Shown here piece after piece: positions 22,343 to 35,364 of a DNA stretch of 64,000 nt. The stretch lies in contig NC_134030.1 in NCBI RefSeq assembly GCF_964204645.1, positions 17,878,210 through 17,942,209 on the forward strand. Direction: 5' to 3'. Positions within the stretch are counted from its first letter, which is position 1. Each line of letters opens with the position of its first letter. Position numbers and translations under genes: made by a program. Below the pieces are notes generated by a model. That model saw only the letters and a program-made list of their open reading frames with translations, had not been told where the DNA came from and made no database searches. Origin of the DNA: Tubulanus polymorphus. Its lineage: Eukaryota; Animalia; Nemertea.

Positions 22343-22785
22343 CTGGGCAAAACCGCGCATTCATGCGCGCTTTTGCTTAATGCGCATGCGTTAATCATAA
22401 TTATATTTACATAATGAATATATAATTATGTAAATAGAAACAACCGACATAAAATATCTAAATCATACAACTGAGCAAACCGCGCATTCGTGCGCGCTTT
22501 TGATCAATGCGCATGCGCTAATCATAATTATATATTCATTCTATAAATTCTGTAAAATAGAAACAAAAAATGCGTTACATGTGTTACATGCGTCACATGC
22601 GGCCATTTGTGGCCGGTTTTGCTTAATGCGTATGCGTTAATCATAATAGAAACGACCGAACATAAAAATTCACAAATCATACCTGAGCAAAAGCGCGCAT
22701 TCGTGCGTGCTTTTGCTTAATGCGCATGCGCTAATCATTATTGAAACGAATCATTATTGAAACGACTGAATATAAAAATTCACCA
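22343..22785. repeat. Cluster of ~4 imperfect GC-rich direct repeats with hairpins and TGCGCATGCG
   Basis: GCAAAA(G/C)CGCGCATTC(A/G)TGCG(C/T)GCTTTTGCTTAATGCGCATGCG units; motif at 22381, 22508, 22627, 22721. Confidence 0.85.
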
Positions 22786-23715
22786 AGTAGATTTACACAA
22801 TACATTATACAAGTTGTTCAGTCATTTCTTCTAATACATCATTTGATTTCTATAAATACAATTTATAATTACAAACATTTTTTCAATTGCTGGTAAATAT
22901 TTAACTACATCAACAAATGTTAAACTTAATCATTGGAGTCTCAATGTTTTTGAAATTCTTATATTTCTTCTTCGATCTTTTGGTGATTCTATTGGTTTGA
23001 TATCCATTGCTGTTGATTCCTCAGGTAGAAAGAGTATCTTGAGTTTCTCTATCACTTCTTGATGTGTATTACTTTTTATTAATCTAAAAGATATTAGCGG
23101 TAACTCTAGCTATCTAAAAGATATACTAAATACACTTAAATATATCTAAAGGTTTCATATTTAATAGCCCTAATAACTACAAAAAACAGTACTTACATTT
23201 AGATTTATAATTGTAAACTATAAACTCCTAATTTCGTTTCGAAAGATAGAATATCCTGAGCACAATATTACAGCGTATATCCATTTCCGGGGTGATTTCT
23301 AGAATGACACGTTGTTGATTATGCTACGTCATCTAGTTCCGGTTCTAGAGTGTTCTCTCTCTACACATTTCTGATTATGACGTGTCATAATGTCTCGTTG
23401 TTATAGTAACAACCGTAACAGTTGCGAATTTATAGATTTATTCTATAGCTCTATACATTGAATGTATATAGGTTAAAATAGAATCATGTTCTAGTATAAA
23501 CATCTAGAACAAACGTGTTGAGACTTGTAAATTATGAGATTTGTGATTTGCTACGTTCGCCGTATACACAACGCGTTGAAGTTGAAAAAAAAATCAATAA
23601 TAAAGGCATTTAGATCAATGAAATTAATTAACTCTTTACAATTGAAATATAAGCTGGTAACATATGTTTACTAGAGCTAATACAACCAACTATATAGCTG
23701 AGTATTATCAGGCGT

Positions 23716-23889
23716 TTATAACGATTCAACATATTTTTCACTATATGTTGAGTTCCTTAATTCGATAAATGTCTTTGCTTTAACCAACTGGACTAAAAAC
23801 AAATGTGTTCTAGTTTTATTGTGTCTTGCTTTTTGGGATTTATCTATATCGATATTACATGTTGGGCAGTAGTACTTATTTGCTTCCAT
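23716..23889 (-). CDS. 57-aa zinc-finger micro-ORF initiated inside the right TIR
   Basis: MEANKYYCPTCNIDIDKSQKARHNKTRTHL-FLVQLVKAKTFIELRNSTYSEKYVESL*; first 30 aa identical to the pPolB N-terminus. Confidence 0.4.
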   Translation of the reverse strand: MEANKYYCPTCNIDIDKSQKARHNKTRTHLFLVQLVKAKTFIELRNSTYSEKYVESL

Positions 23890-24375
23890 TTTAATACTAT
23901 ATTTTTTATTAAAATTGATTTTAGAAGTTCAATGATTTAAATGTTATTCATTTATGTGAATATTTTAAGAGTAATAGGGGTAATGGGCTTTCAAGCTAAA
24001 GGTTTAATGATCGAGTTCATTAATAACATATATTAAAAGTAATTAAAAAACTATAATATATTTTCATAACCGCGTGCATTTCAGTTGAATAATAGAATAA
24101 TTATTATCATTTGAATATATTTGATTATTTGAATTTGTGTATTGTAATTAAATCAATTGGTCGCGGAGCGGAGCGGTAGCGAAGTGGAGCGACCAATTGA
24201 TTTAATACAATATGTTTTTTATATTATTGATATCTTAGAATAAATATTTAGTTTTGATATAAAATGCACGCGGTTATGAAAATATATTATAGTTTTTTAA
24301 TTACTTTTAATATTTTGTTTTTTAATGGGCTCGACCTTTCGACCTTTGGTATGAAAGCCTATTACCCCTATTACT
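23801..24375 (-). repeat. Right terminal inverted repeat (575 bp)
   Basis: Reverse complement of 4901-5476. Confidence 0.97.
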
Positions 24376-25570
24376 GAGACACTATCGAAGGACATTCGAT
24401 ACGAAAACCATTATTTGCTCATCACTTCACGACGAAAAGTAAAAATTCCAGTAACCGGAATCTGAAACACAGCAGGTGAGCAAATATATGTAATTGAAAT
24501 TTTGAAAATTATACTGAACATTCGTACAACGGTTTGTTTAGTGACGTGCCAATCATCGATCACATCTTATAGACCTGCACGTATAGTATCTGAATTTCAA
24601 TTGATGGGGTTTTAGCTATTTTAGCACTTATAGCCATACTTCATTAGATATATAGTCAACACCACCCCCCCCCCCCCAGATATGTGACCCTCGCCTATCG
24701 CCATGTTTTCTCAAATAATGTAATATTTGGCTTGAAAACTGAAGATAGCACCCTGATACAATCTCGCTTGGCCATCACCGCAATTACGTTTCTGTGTTGC
24801 AATAAATAATAAGGGTTTACCTTTTGCGTTTGACTGATGGGAAAGAAGTATGAAATACGTGGAAGCCTATGATGGACCACTGTCAAGAGATATGTTTGTT
24901 CTCAAAGTGGATCCCACTACGTAAGTAACGTGCTGTATGCCACATTACAGAATATATGCACGGTATAGGTCTATTCGCACTGCTTCAGTGCCACATTTCA
25001 GGAGACACGTTTCTTTCGTCAATGTTTTACTGCTGCAATAAGCACTTGAACACACGAAGTATTCTTAAAGAATTATTTACCCGCTTATAGTTTACAATGA
25101 TACAAGACCAACCAGTAACTGCTGTTATGAAGTTTCACGTATTTTGTTGTGTCACTCGATCCGAAATACGGTACCGCCATACGCGATGTGGGCGGTATAT
25201 CAGGGGTTGACTGTAATTGAAACGTCTTTATGTCTAACGCAAATAATTAAGGCTGATGAATTATCCTCAATGAAATGGTTGTCGTGTTACTAGCTAATGA
25301 TCGAGGAACTAATTGTAATCAAATGATTCTCTTGTTTTCGAACTTTACTACAACGAATCATGTCTATTCTGGGAATGGACGTGTCACGGTAACTGCGTAT
25401 GTATCACAGCCTTAAGTTTCGGAAGCAGCAAATACCACTTCGTCTAGACATCATTATCAATCGCATAGCACGATTCACATTTATTCATCTGGAGTTGTAG
25501 GGATTACTGCGAGTTACTGAAATTAATGTCGAAGGATCAACACAGCATGCGAAAAGTAAACTGTGGCTTC

Positions 25571-25639
25571 TATAAGTATTCAAACTAATGCTCGACAGTT
25601 AACAGCAGCAGTGGGGGACATCGTGAAGACAAAGTAAGT
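25571..25639 (+). promoter_or_regulatory. Candidate TATA/Inr and non-coding exon 1 of the knottin gene
   Basis: TATAAG at 25571, CAGTT at 25596, donor GTAAGT at 25634, matching acceptor TTTTTTACAG ending 26337. Confidence 0.45.
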
Positions 25640-26346
25640 ACCTCTTGCGATAATAGTAATATCTGATGGGCTGCAATAGCAATAAGTCTTTAATACCCAA
25701 GTTATAAGAGTCTATCATGGTTTCGACACGTGGAATATTCGGAGTCTTCTTATATTTGGCTATGGCACAGACAATGCACGTTGATAATGGCCTACGTACC
25801 ATCATCATTATTTATACTGGAACATTTTTCAAGCGTTATACACTATGTATGCGATAAATCCGAAAATTAAAGCTATGTTCAGGAGCGGGTTATGGTAACT
25901 TTTTTTGAAAAAACTCGTGAAAGGCCCGTGCAAACCAGGGTTGGTCTTTCCTAAGACTTCAACATTTCCAATTCACTGCCCTAAAGCAGCATTTTAAATA
26001 TGATCTATATGTGACTCAAGCTATGTATTAGAATACAAAGTAGATTTTAGATAATAGTTTTCAGTAGCAAACAATATAATATTCCCCGCACTTAGGTCGA
26101 ACTTCTGATCTATCGACTGAACCGCCGAGACTACCAACGTATTACTACATAATATCACAAAATTGCGCATCGTGTAATGCTTTGATGAAATGCTGCGATT
26201 GATCATTATTATCACTACAACTGACACAGTGTAATAAATTAATTAGCGTCCTACGACTTTTTTACCCCACCCATTTGATGTCAAGGGATTAAGGCAACTG
26301 AAACATACAAAATAATTTATGATTATGTTTTTTACAGGTGTTAAAA

Positions 26347-27105
26347 ATGTTTGCTAATCTGATATGTCGTGTATATGCTATTATCTTGATTGCGGTCAGT
26401 GTCGCATTATTTGCAGATGGTGAGTAACGACTGGAAAACTAATAGACGATATCATACGATTTTATATCGAAAATATTACTGGAATTTTACGTATTCACCT
26501 ACACTTTGCGAACGTTGAAACTCCCAGTCCGGTAAATTGTCGGCATTTTGAATGGAGCTTGATTTTTAGCGGCTTTGATCATGGAATTTATAATGTCAGG
26601 TTATTTTTCCAAACGAAAATCGCTTATTATCGCTAAACACGTCGTAGTTTTAGTCTTATCGGTTAAAAAGACTTTGTTATGTATCTAAATAGGCAAAAAA
26701 GCAATACATTAATTCTGACAAAAAACCCTTCAAATTTTGCGACAAGCTTCAATTTTTCTCTCATATGTTCTAAACGCTGTATATATTTGTGTTCCCCATT
26801 AGAAGTGTGCTTAATATCTCACTCTAAATGCCCGTTGGAAAGAGGTGATGGGAAGGGGTGGGTGTGCTGTTGGTGTTGGCGCCTATCACCTCTCATTAAC
26901 TGACATACCACTGTTCGTCGTCACCGATTCTACTGAGGATTGGTTTTGTTCATTAAAAATAAAGTGATAAGTTCAAAATTCCAATTTCTAATATCTCGTG
27001 CTCGTTTCTATAGGTTGCAGAATGTACGACAGTGACTGTTCCGACGACGCTCCGTGTTGCAGCGGTTCGTATTGTAATAACGGACATTGTTGGCCGATTA
27101 TATAA
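26347..27105 (+). CDS. Secreted inhibitor-cystine-knot (knottin/toxin-like) peptide precursor, 54 aa; coding exons 26347-26419 and 27014-27105
   Basis: MFANLICRVYAIILIAVSVALFAD|GCRMYDSDCSDDAPCCSGSYCNNGHCWPII*; phase-1 intron GTGAGT...TTTCTATAG; C-C-CC-C-C framework; AATAAA at 27245. Confidence 0.85.
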
Positions 27106-28329
27106 TCGGACATGTTTGTGGAGGTTGGGGAAATATCCGATTATGTCACTGACTGACTGACTAGGTCGCGTGTACGTTAAGAAAACACTCGCATTGATTT
27201 TGTACTTGTAACTCAGTCGTCGGATCAAGTGTATAATTAGATTCAATAAAACTTGCGAGTTAATTATTCATTATTCATCGGTTTGATTTCTTATCTTGGA
27301 ATAGGGATTGACCCTGTGATCTATTTGAATGGTAGATATCGTTCGATTTGTTTTACTTTGGTGTCTCAAACAAAACCTACCATCATGTCAGGAGCGATAC
27401 ACGGGGTTTGGCTTTGAAGCTAGAAATCGAAGCACAAATATAGATGTGTGATCGGCGGTCAAATTTACAGAATTTGTTATGTTTAAATCGGGAGTACGTA
27501 ATTGGAAATTTCACTTCCGGTTTATTCACATAATCTCCCTACCAGCCTGATCCGGAAAGCGACTGATTCGGGTTAATTTTTCGGGTTTCTAATGATCGGT
27601 TAACTGTTCATGATTGGTGGCTGAAGATTGCCAAAGCTATAAATTGAATTCATAAAATTCATACTCGGAAAATCCGATTAAAAAGTTATTTTTTGATAGT
27701 GCGCTAGTCTCGTTCACACATGCAGTCAATTTACAGAAAACTACAGGAATTAAATTTGGGATGAAATTACAGGAACTCAAATGCATAAGTCAAACTAGTT
27801 TCTCCAATATGACAAACCGTGTAAAAGCGTCACGATTAAACAACGATTAAATAGCCACTAACCACCGCACTTTTCAAGGTTTGACGTGTTATATAGAGGA
27901 AAAAATCGTTAATAATAGTTAAGATGCTTATCGTCGCAAAGTTCATTCGCTCATATGTGACTAGGGCCTACCCCAATCCCGATTCGAAGGAAAATAAAAC
28001 TGCTCTAAAATGAAAATATACGCTGAAAATTGTTTGACCAATACATTGTATTAGGCCACACGGCCACATGGCCAGTGGTTATACAGCTTAATGAAGTATT
28101 TGCGTATTGGCCTAGTGTAAATTCTGCAGTTGCAAATGAAAAATTGATTGCAGTGATATCGACGTGTATATTTTTACAAACGCGGGTAATTACAGAAAAT
28201 TCAGAATTAATTGCAGCAACATCGAAAGTATCTGTTTCAAAGAATTTTCTGATTGGTTGAACTGCAATTTGTGTCGAATTTGTAAGTAATATGCAAGTTT
28301 TGATGATTTGTTAGAGATCGTTGTTCGGT

Positions 28330-29511
28330 ATGGATCGACTGAGAACGCTGTTTACAGCGTCTCTGATCGTCTGGCGAGTTAACATCGCACACGCTGATCT
28401 GTCTGACTCTGTGACAGTCAGTTCGTCTTGCAACAACACTTGGTACCCCGTCGATTCTACGTCCGGTTACATCGTTTCACCGAATTATCCGTCGTTAATG
28501 CGCGGTGTTGAATGTCGTTGGTTCGTCAACAGCTCTTTACCGGGAACTTTAAACATCAAACTATACTACGACATCGAGCCGTCAATATCCTGTAGTGATA
28601 ACTACCTTCTCGTCGGTGAGTCCGATAGCAGATTCTGCGGTGAAGGAAAACATGAAATCCGCCGTAACGATTCGATCTCGTTGATGTTTAGAAGTAACGC
28701 CTATGGTGTGCGGGGTAGTCAGGTTTATATCATATATCGTTTTGAGCGAAACCATTTGAAACTAATTCACAACTGCGGAAAAAGTAATGTCAGAGTAAAG
28801 ATATTACAAGATATCACATCGTCAGGATACAAGTTCGCAATACATTTAAGCCGATGTAAATTGTATTTGGAATGGACTGGAATCTCGGATGGTTTTGCTA
28901 TGAATCTGACGTTCACGTATATGGATTTCAAATTAAATCCTAACGCTCTTTCTGAGACAACATTTCCAATTTACGATGGATGGAACACTAGTGAACCTAT
29001 AGCTGTTATGCGAGAACAAACCGGTCATCCAACTTCATCATTTTACACTAAAACTAACAAAGTCATTATCGATACACGTCAAGTACTTAAATTTCAGTCG
29101 CAACTATCAGTTCAGGTCTATAGAATATCTGATTGGAACGTCACTAGTCCGTTAATCCAAATCTATGATAACGAGTCTGGAGTGCTCATTCCTGATGACA
29201 ACAGTTTACACGTAATAACTCGATCGAAGCACTTACACTGCTGGTCTATCACAGTGCAGGTGCTACAGTTTGTCGTCTTCAACAATACATCCGGTGACGT
29301 CATTGGTGTATATAAACTAGAAGGGTTAAGCGTTGTAGGAACTGATATTTTGCTCGGTTACAACTACCTGGAATCACCGAGTATTAAATCTGACGGCTTT
29401 CTCGTCATGCTGTGCGTTTTAATAAGACCAGGTGTTTTACAATCGAATGTGAAAATTGAATTTGAAGTGAAATCTATTTCTATTGCAGAAATACAAGTCC
29501 ACAAACAAAGG
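28330..29511 (+). CDS. Exon 1 of GRL101-like LGR receptor (signal peptide, CUB domains)
   Basis: ATG at 28330; SGYIVSPNYP..CRW..C..NYL..RFCG; phase-0 donor GTGAGT at 29512. Confidence 0.8.
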
Positions 29512-31299
29512 GTGAGTGACAATAACTTACTCTGCTTCAGTTGAATATACGTTAAATATCTTATTTGAGTCAACAACCGGATTTATCAGCTGATGGAGAA
29601 ATTAACTTCATGCCGATCGCACGAAATAGTATTAGCGCCAAACTTGAAAACAAGCTCTACGTTACTAAACCAGATAAAACAAATTAAGCAAAAGAAAAAC
29701 AAATGTTTTATGTTCATCTGATTGGAAAAATGAGGTATTTGTAACTATTGAAAAAATGATTGATGATCTATTTAGTGATAATCTACCCAGTGGGCATTTC
29801 AACGTCTGTATAACGTTGTAAAGACGTCAAAACTTAACATCTCTGACGTTGGTTTTTGGTTGGGAAACAGGTTGAAAATGGAAGTTTTCTTAATGTCAAT
29901 AACAAACGTTGTGACAACGTTGGTTAAAATAACGTCGGATTTATGTCGTTATCAGGTCAGATTTAGGTCGTCAGTTGGTCATGATTTGAACGAAGGGTAG
30001 AAAATCAAAAAATCCTTTTGTAAAATTAAATGACCACTCAAATTAAATGTATACATTCAAAAGCCAACCTTCCCATTCAAATATATGGAACGTAAGAATT
30101 ATACACACAATTTGAATGGTCAGCTAGTGTTTCTTGCCTTAATAATTAACCACTCAAGAGATTAAGTTTAATATACAATTGGTAACTTAATTATATTATC
30201 ATCAACAAAACAAACAGTGAGAATGTCAATTTGACAATAATAACAATACATGACAATAAAGATTTTCTTTTCAATAATTTTTGGTGTGATCCGACATTAC
30301 TGCTAAAACGAATGCCTGAAATTTCCAGAAAATATTTTTGATGATTTTGGCTAAATCCATCGTAATTCGGAAATTTCTTGATTGAAATTTTGAATCCAGA
30401 AAATACTTAAATAGATGGGGAGGGGGTATATCGCAACTCCAGAAAGGTATCTCTTTCCAAAAAACATTTCAAGCAATATAGAATTGCAGAGGGTGGGGGT
30501 CCCTCGGTGTGCCTAGGTACACCATCCTGTTCGATGAATCACTTCTCCGGGAAGTGAACAAAAAATATTGGAAAAACGGAAGAAATTTTCTAAAATGTCG
30601 GATGCCACACAATTATAGAAACATGAGGACCTTTTAAATTTATAGGCTATTAACATTTTTGTCCATACATACTTTTCCTATAGGCATAACAAGTTCTGAA
30701 ATTTAAGATGGCCCCAAATGTGTTATGCTTAACTGATATGAAAACCCATTACAAATCTAAATGAACCCATCTCTCTTTACACCATATCAAATTTTGATTC
30801 ATTTAAGAAAACAGTTAACAAGCTACAAATCTTGGAATTGAGATAAAAAAATTACCTATTTTCAACATAAAAAAGGGTCACAAGATGGCTATCTTGATTA
30901 AAATCGACCCACTTGCTCTTGACATCCTGATGGGCTACATATACAATAAACATTAACACAATCGGATGAATGTGTTGTATACGTGCGAAAAACAGAATGT
31001 TTATGAATACAAGTAGCCTTTTGGTTGGAATAGCTCCGCTGTGTTGGTCAACTTCATCCAAAAAGTGAGGGGAAACTTTAGGACCTTAGTATTAATAACA
31101 GTAAAAACATTAAAATGGACAACGACTGACCTTCCGTCACAGCGGAGCTAAAAAACAAACATACAAGAAATACATCAAATACATGTACATGAATGATCAA
31201 ATTACATCAAGATCCGATTCTCATTCACCCGATTGGAAAGTGATCTTTAAATGAATGAAATTAAAATCATCCAAAAGCATCCTTTAATATAACAGTTCA

Positions 31300-34200
31300 T
31301 CAATTTATTCATCTCGATTGATCGGTTGTTTCCGTCCCCCACCGCCCTTGCGATCGGGTGCATACTTCAGGGTATTCCCAATACATTTCATTACGGCCGC
31401 TTCCGAAGTATCGAATCTTTTCATAACGCATTCTGAAACATCAGAAAAATTACACGTATTAGCAAAATTCTTATCAAACTCTAGACTTTGACATATTCAA
31501 CTGATGAAGTAATAATAATTGACAAGTGGGGGTTCTTAATTATGATAGAGAGATCATGTCATAAGCAACAACATTGTCATTGCAAAATATGCATATTTTC
31601 CACTATGAATGAAAAACCATCAGCAAAGTACAACTTTACAATTTTTCAATTCATTATGGTCACAAAATGTAAATAACTACCGGTCTAAATCACAAACTTG
31701 TTATTTCTCAATATTAACGCCCCTGGTGGTGAGAAAACTATAAGGCAATCAGCCCAAAAAAACCCGTGTCTAACAGTGCTAACAATATTTCAAAATCGAA
31801 GTCAAGATTATAGAAATTGTCCTCAAAAAATACTTTTCGACCTTAGTCGTTTTATTTGTGAAATAAAATTCCAAATACAGTGGAACCTCTTTACAGCGAA
31901 CTTCAAGGAACCAGAAAATCTGTTCGTTATTTCCAGTATGAAATCAATCAAATTGTCTTGCTTGGGACGAAATTCTATATTTGTTATATCCGAGTTCGTT
32001 ATAATGAGGTTCCACTCCATATTACAGTTGAATCATAAGAAAACTGACTACTAGTTTAGGCGGACCCTTCTCCCTTTGCGCCCTAAACAAAATTTTAATA
32101 TAAACAAATAAACAAGAAGCTACAAACCCTAGTATTGTAAAACTTCTTCAAAATGTGTTCTCGAAAACTTCAATAATGTGTAAAAAGATGTAGATTTTGG
32201 CATATATCAATAAGCGCTAGTCAAACAATTTGAATCTAAACGGGCCAGTTATTTTTGGGCTTCAAAATTTGCAAAAATAACTGGACTCCATCTACAGACA
32301 GACGGACGAAAAAGTAAACGCTATAGTCCTAAAATGGAGTTGGTTAAGTACCTCTGATTGCTCTACAAATATTTGTGTTTTCAAAAGCGACCTTTCCTCT
32401 TGTTCCCTTCATATTAAATTTTGCCATGACTTCATTCGTCATAATTCTTTAAAACAAAACAAAAAAAACACATTGTGGCATAAATCATACACATACTATG
32501 ACACCATAAAATACTATCAGTTTTATATTACAGAAAAAACAAAGCCCAAAATTCTTTAAAAAGGTACAAGAAGCGGTATCCAAGAGTGATATTTATTAAA
32601 TGATTTTTTCAACAAATTTGGAATTTGGTCAAGAAACGTGGTATAATATGAGCTCAAACAGTATAAGGACAGCATTCAATAGGAAACTGGTATGTGTATC
32701 CCAATTGTAATTTCAATTTCACTTTGTTTTAGTTACTGTCAAGGTCTTTTGAAGAATGGATATATCACCTTTGCATGGCTCTCAAAACACTCTCATTGAC
32801 ACTTTCACCACCAATCCTCTGTAATCGTTGTACCTTAACAATAAAGAAAAATATTAACATCTATAAAAATATAAAATTGATTGGAGTTTTTATTTTGGAG
32901 GATACATCACAGTTAATTTGTGGGCTGTTTCTTGTTGACCTGAGAATAATTTTGTTCTAAATAACTTCGAGATCATGGTTTTAACTGATAGAATACATTG
33001 TGGCCTGGTACATACCAAAAGTAGTCTCTGCTCATCATTAGCAATATAATTCTCCATATCCATGAACTCCTTATATCCACTTATACAATCTAAATCGAGA
33101 TCCTGGATATCTTTCTGCCTTGAAAGCTCCTTCACATTTTTCGCTATGTCCGACAGGACAAAGAGTACCTTCTTTTGGAATCCTGGAAAAAATTGATATT
33201 TAATATCTGACTGAAATGTTATAAATCTTTGTTGAAGATGTGAACACCTAATTTTGTAACAAGATTATATGAAATAAATGGAGACTAAGAGGATAACATT
33301 AATGCAGCATGTTATTACTTACTTTCCTCCGTTAAAGGAAATCCTGTATTTCTCAATCCATCCATTGTTGACTGCGATGTCAATTGAGCAGAAGATGGCC
33401 TCTTATGACCGGAGGAACTCCTTGAAAATTGGCGTTGATCCGGATAAAATGAACGCACAATCTCATCTGATGAAGTAGAATCGGAATGTTGCTCTAATTT
33501 ATTATGCGACCGATCACGGTAATACAAACAAGAATCAGGTGGACAAGAATCGGAACGTGACATCGATTTGGTACGCAAACGATCAGGAGAATGTGAACGA
33601 ACTATCGCATCGTGTGAATGAGAATCGAAACGTGACATCGATTTGGTACGCAAACGATCAGGAGAATGTGAACGAACTATCGCATCGGGTGAATGAGAAT
33701 CGAAACATGACATCGATTTGGTACGCAAACGATCAGGAGAATGTGAACGAACTATCGCATCGGGTGAATGAGAATCGAAACGTGACATCGATTTGGTACG
33801 CAAACGATCAGGAGAATGTGAACGAACTATCGCATCGGGTGAATGAGAATCCATCGATTTAGTACGCAAACGACCAGAATTATGTGAAGGAACTATCGCA
33901 TCGGGTAAACAGAAGTTAGAATGACTGGGCAAATACGAATCTTGTGAGACATTAGATGAAAATCGTGCAGGGGAAATGGTATCCCGCTCAGGTGTGTTTA
34001 ATTTATCAGGCTTTGTCGATATTTTTGATGAATTGCGACAATTCTGCGTCAGTGCATCTTTTGTAATGGTGTGCTGAAGATTATATGATGAAACCTTTTT
34101 TGGAACTAATGGTAATGGCTTGTATCCTTAAATAGATAAAAACTTAATAGTTTGAGTCCATAGTTAAAACCTAAAAAAAACTCTGGCCAACTTTAATAAT

Positions 34201-35141
34201 GATGGATATACCCTTCAAACTTTTTAGCTGACTTTCACTGCTATGATCATCCATGGTTTCCTCATCAACATCTGTATCTAAATCTAATTGTAAAAAGTAT
34301 GAATTAGGAGGCTGCACAATTGAATAAACACATTGAATGCTATATTAGACAACAAAGAGTTGTAAAAACTGGAAAACATAGGCTTTGATGAATGGTAGTA
34401 TTTTAATGCCGGGAACAATTTAATTCTATATGGAATTATATGTCAATGCCCAAAAATGATAGATTTTCTGGAAACTTAGGACCACTGCAAACCCAAAACA
34501 TAATCAGCACAATTTTTCTTACGATGATGATATTTTGGGATACCAATATTCAAGCAAAATTTAACTGAGATGATAAGAGAATGCAAAAGCTGCACTAAAA
34601 ATGGATTAAAAATTAACCTGATAAAAAATCTGTCATCTTCCTCTTTTTTGAAACTCGCCCAGAATTTGTTTTTTCTTCCTCCTCAGTAGTAACCTCTGTA
34701 TCAGTGCAGTTATTACATGCGTTACGATCAACTGAAATAGAAAAGTATCAACACATTTAATGATCTGAATGATATGATAAGAAGGTTCATAAAAAATATG
34801 TATTCAAAAAATTCCCATAATTCGTGTTTGAATCTAGAATCAAGACATAAATTCAGAGGTAAGTACACATTTTCAAACTAAAGGTATCAAGCAAAAATTA
34901 CTGTAGTATCATGCATGGACTTAAAAATTCTTCACATAGGCCTACCTGAAACACGCTTTACTTTAATTAATTCAAATGAGCGCCAATTAGTACCAGGTGG
35001 CACCATGTTTGACAGGGACTTCGAGGCATCTACTCCAGGTGGCCATTTGAGTCGGCCTTCGTTAATCCAACAATGCGGTACTGTATCTTCATATTCGGTA
35101 TCGTTCTCTTTCCATACTACTCGTGCCCATTGTCTATCCAT
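31300..35141 (-). CDS. Multi-exon accessory gene of the EnSpm element (DUF4806-like); boundaries approximate
   Basis: Exons read WARVVWKE..TVPHCWI..LKWPP; LQRIGGESVNESVLRAMQ; IMTNEVMAKFNMKGTRGKVAF; CIGNTLKYAPDRKGGG; GT-AG sites present. Confidence 0.7.
33546..33910. repeat. 75-bp coding minisatellite (~4.5 copies; SHSPDAIVRSHSPDRLRTKSMSRFD)
   Basis: Visible in DNA and in both ORF translations. Confidence 0.95.
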
Positions 35142-35364
35142 TCTTCAGACTGACTAATGAAACTAGCAATGAATACTGCAAAAAATTGTAGATTAATTAC
35201 TAGCCTATACCTATCCACGAGCAATAATATCACAATAATGCTGTCAAATAATTATTAAGTGCCATCATGGGCTAGTATTACTTAATAGCATTCAGTCCAA
35301 TTAATGATAATTAACCCAGTGGTCTTAAATCAGACAGCAAAATGAGTCTCTACCTGGGAATATG

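Larger units (their letters stand above)
4901..24375 (+). mobile_element. Full-length Polinton/Maverick (adintovirus-like) endogenous DNA virus, ~19.5 kb
   Basis: AG...CT termini, long TIRs, 6-bp TSD GAGACG (4895-4900)/GAGACA (24376-24381); pPolB, RVE integrase, FtsK-like ATPase and capsid genes. Confidence 0.97.
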
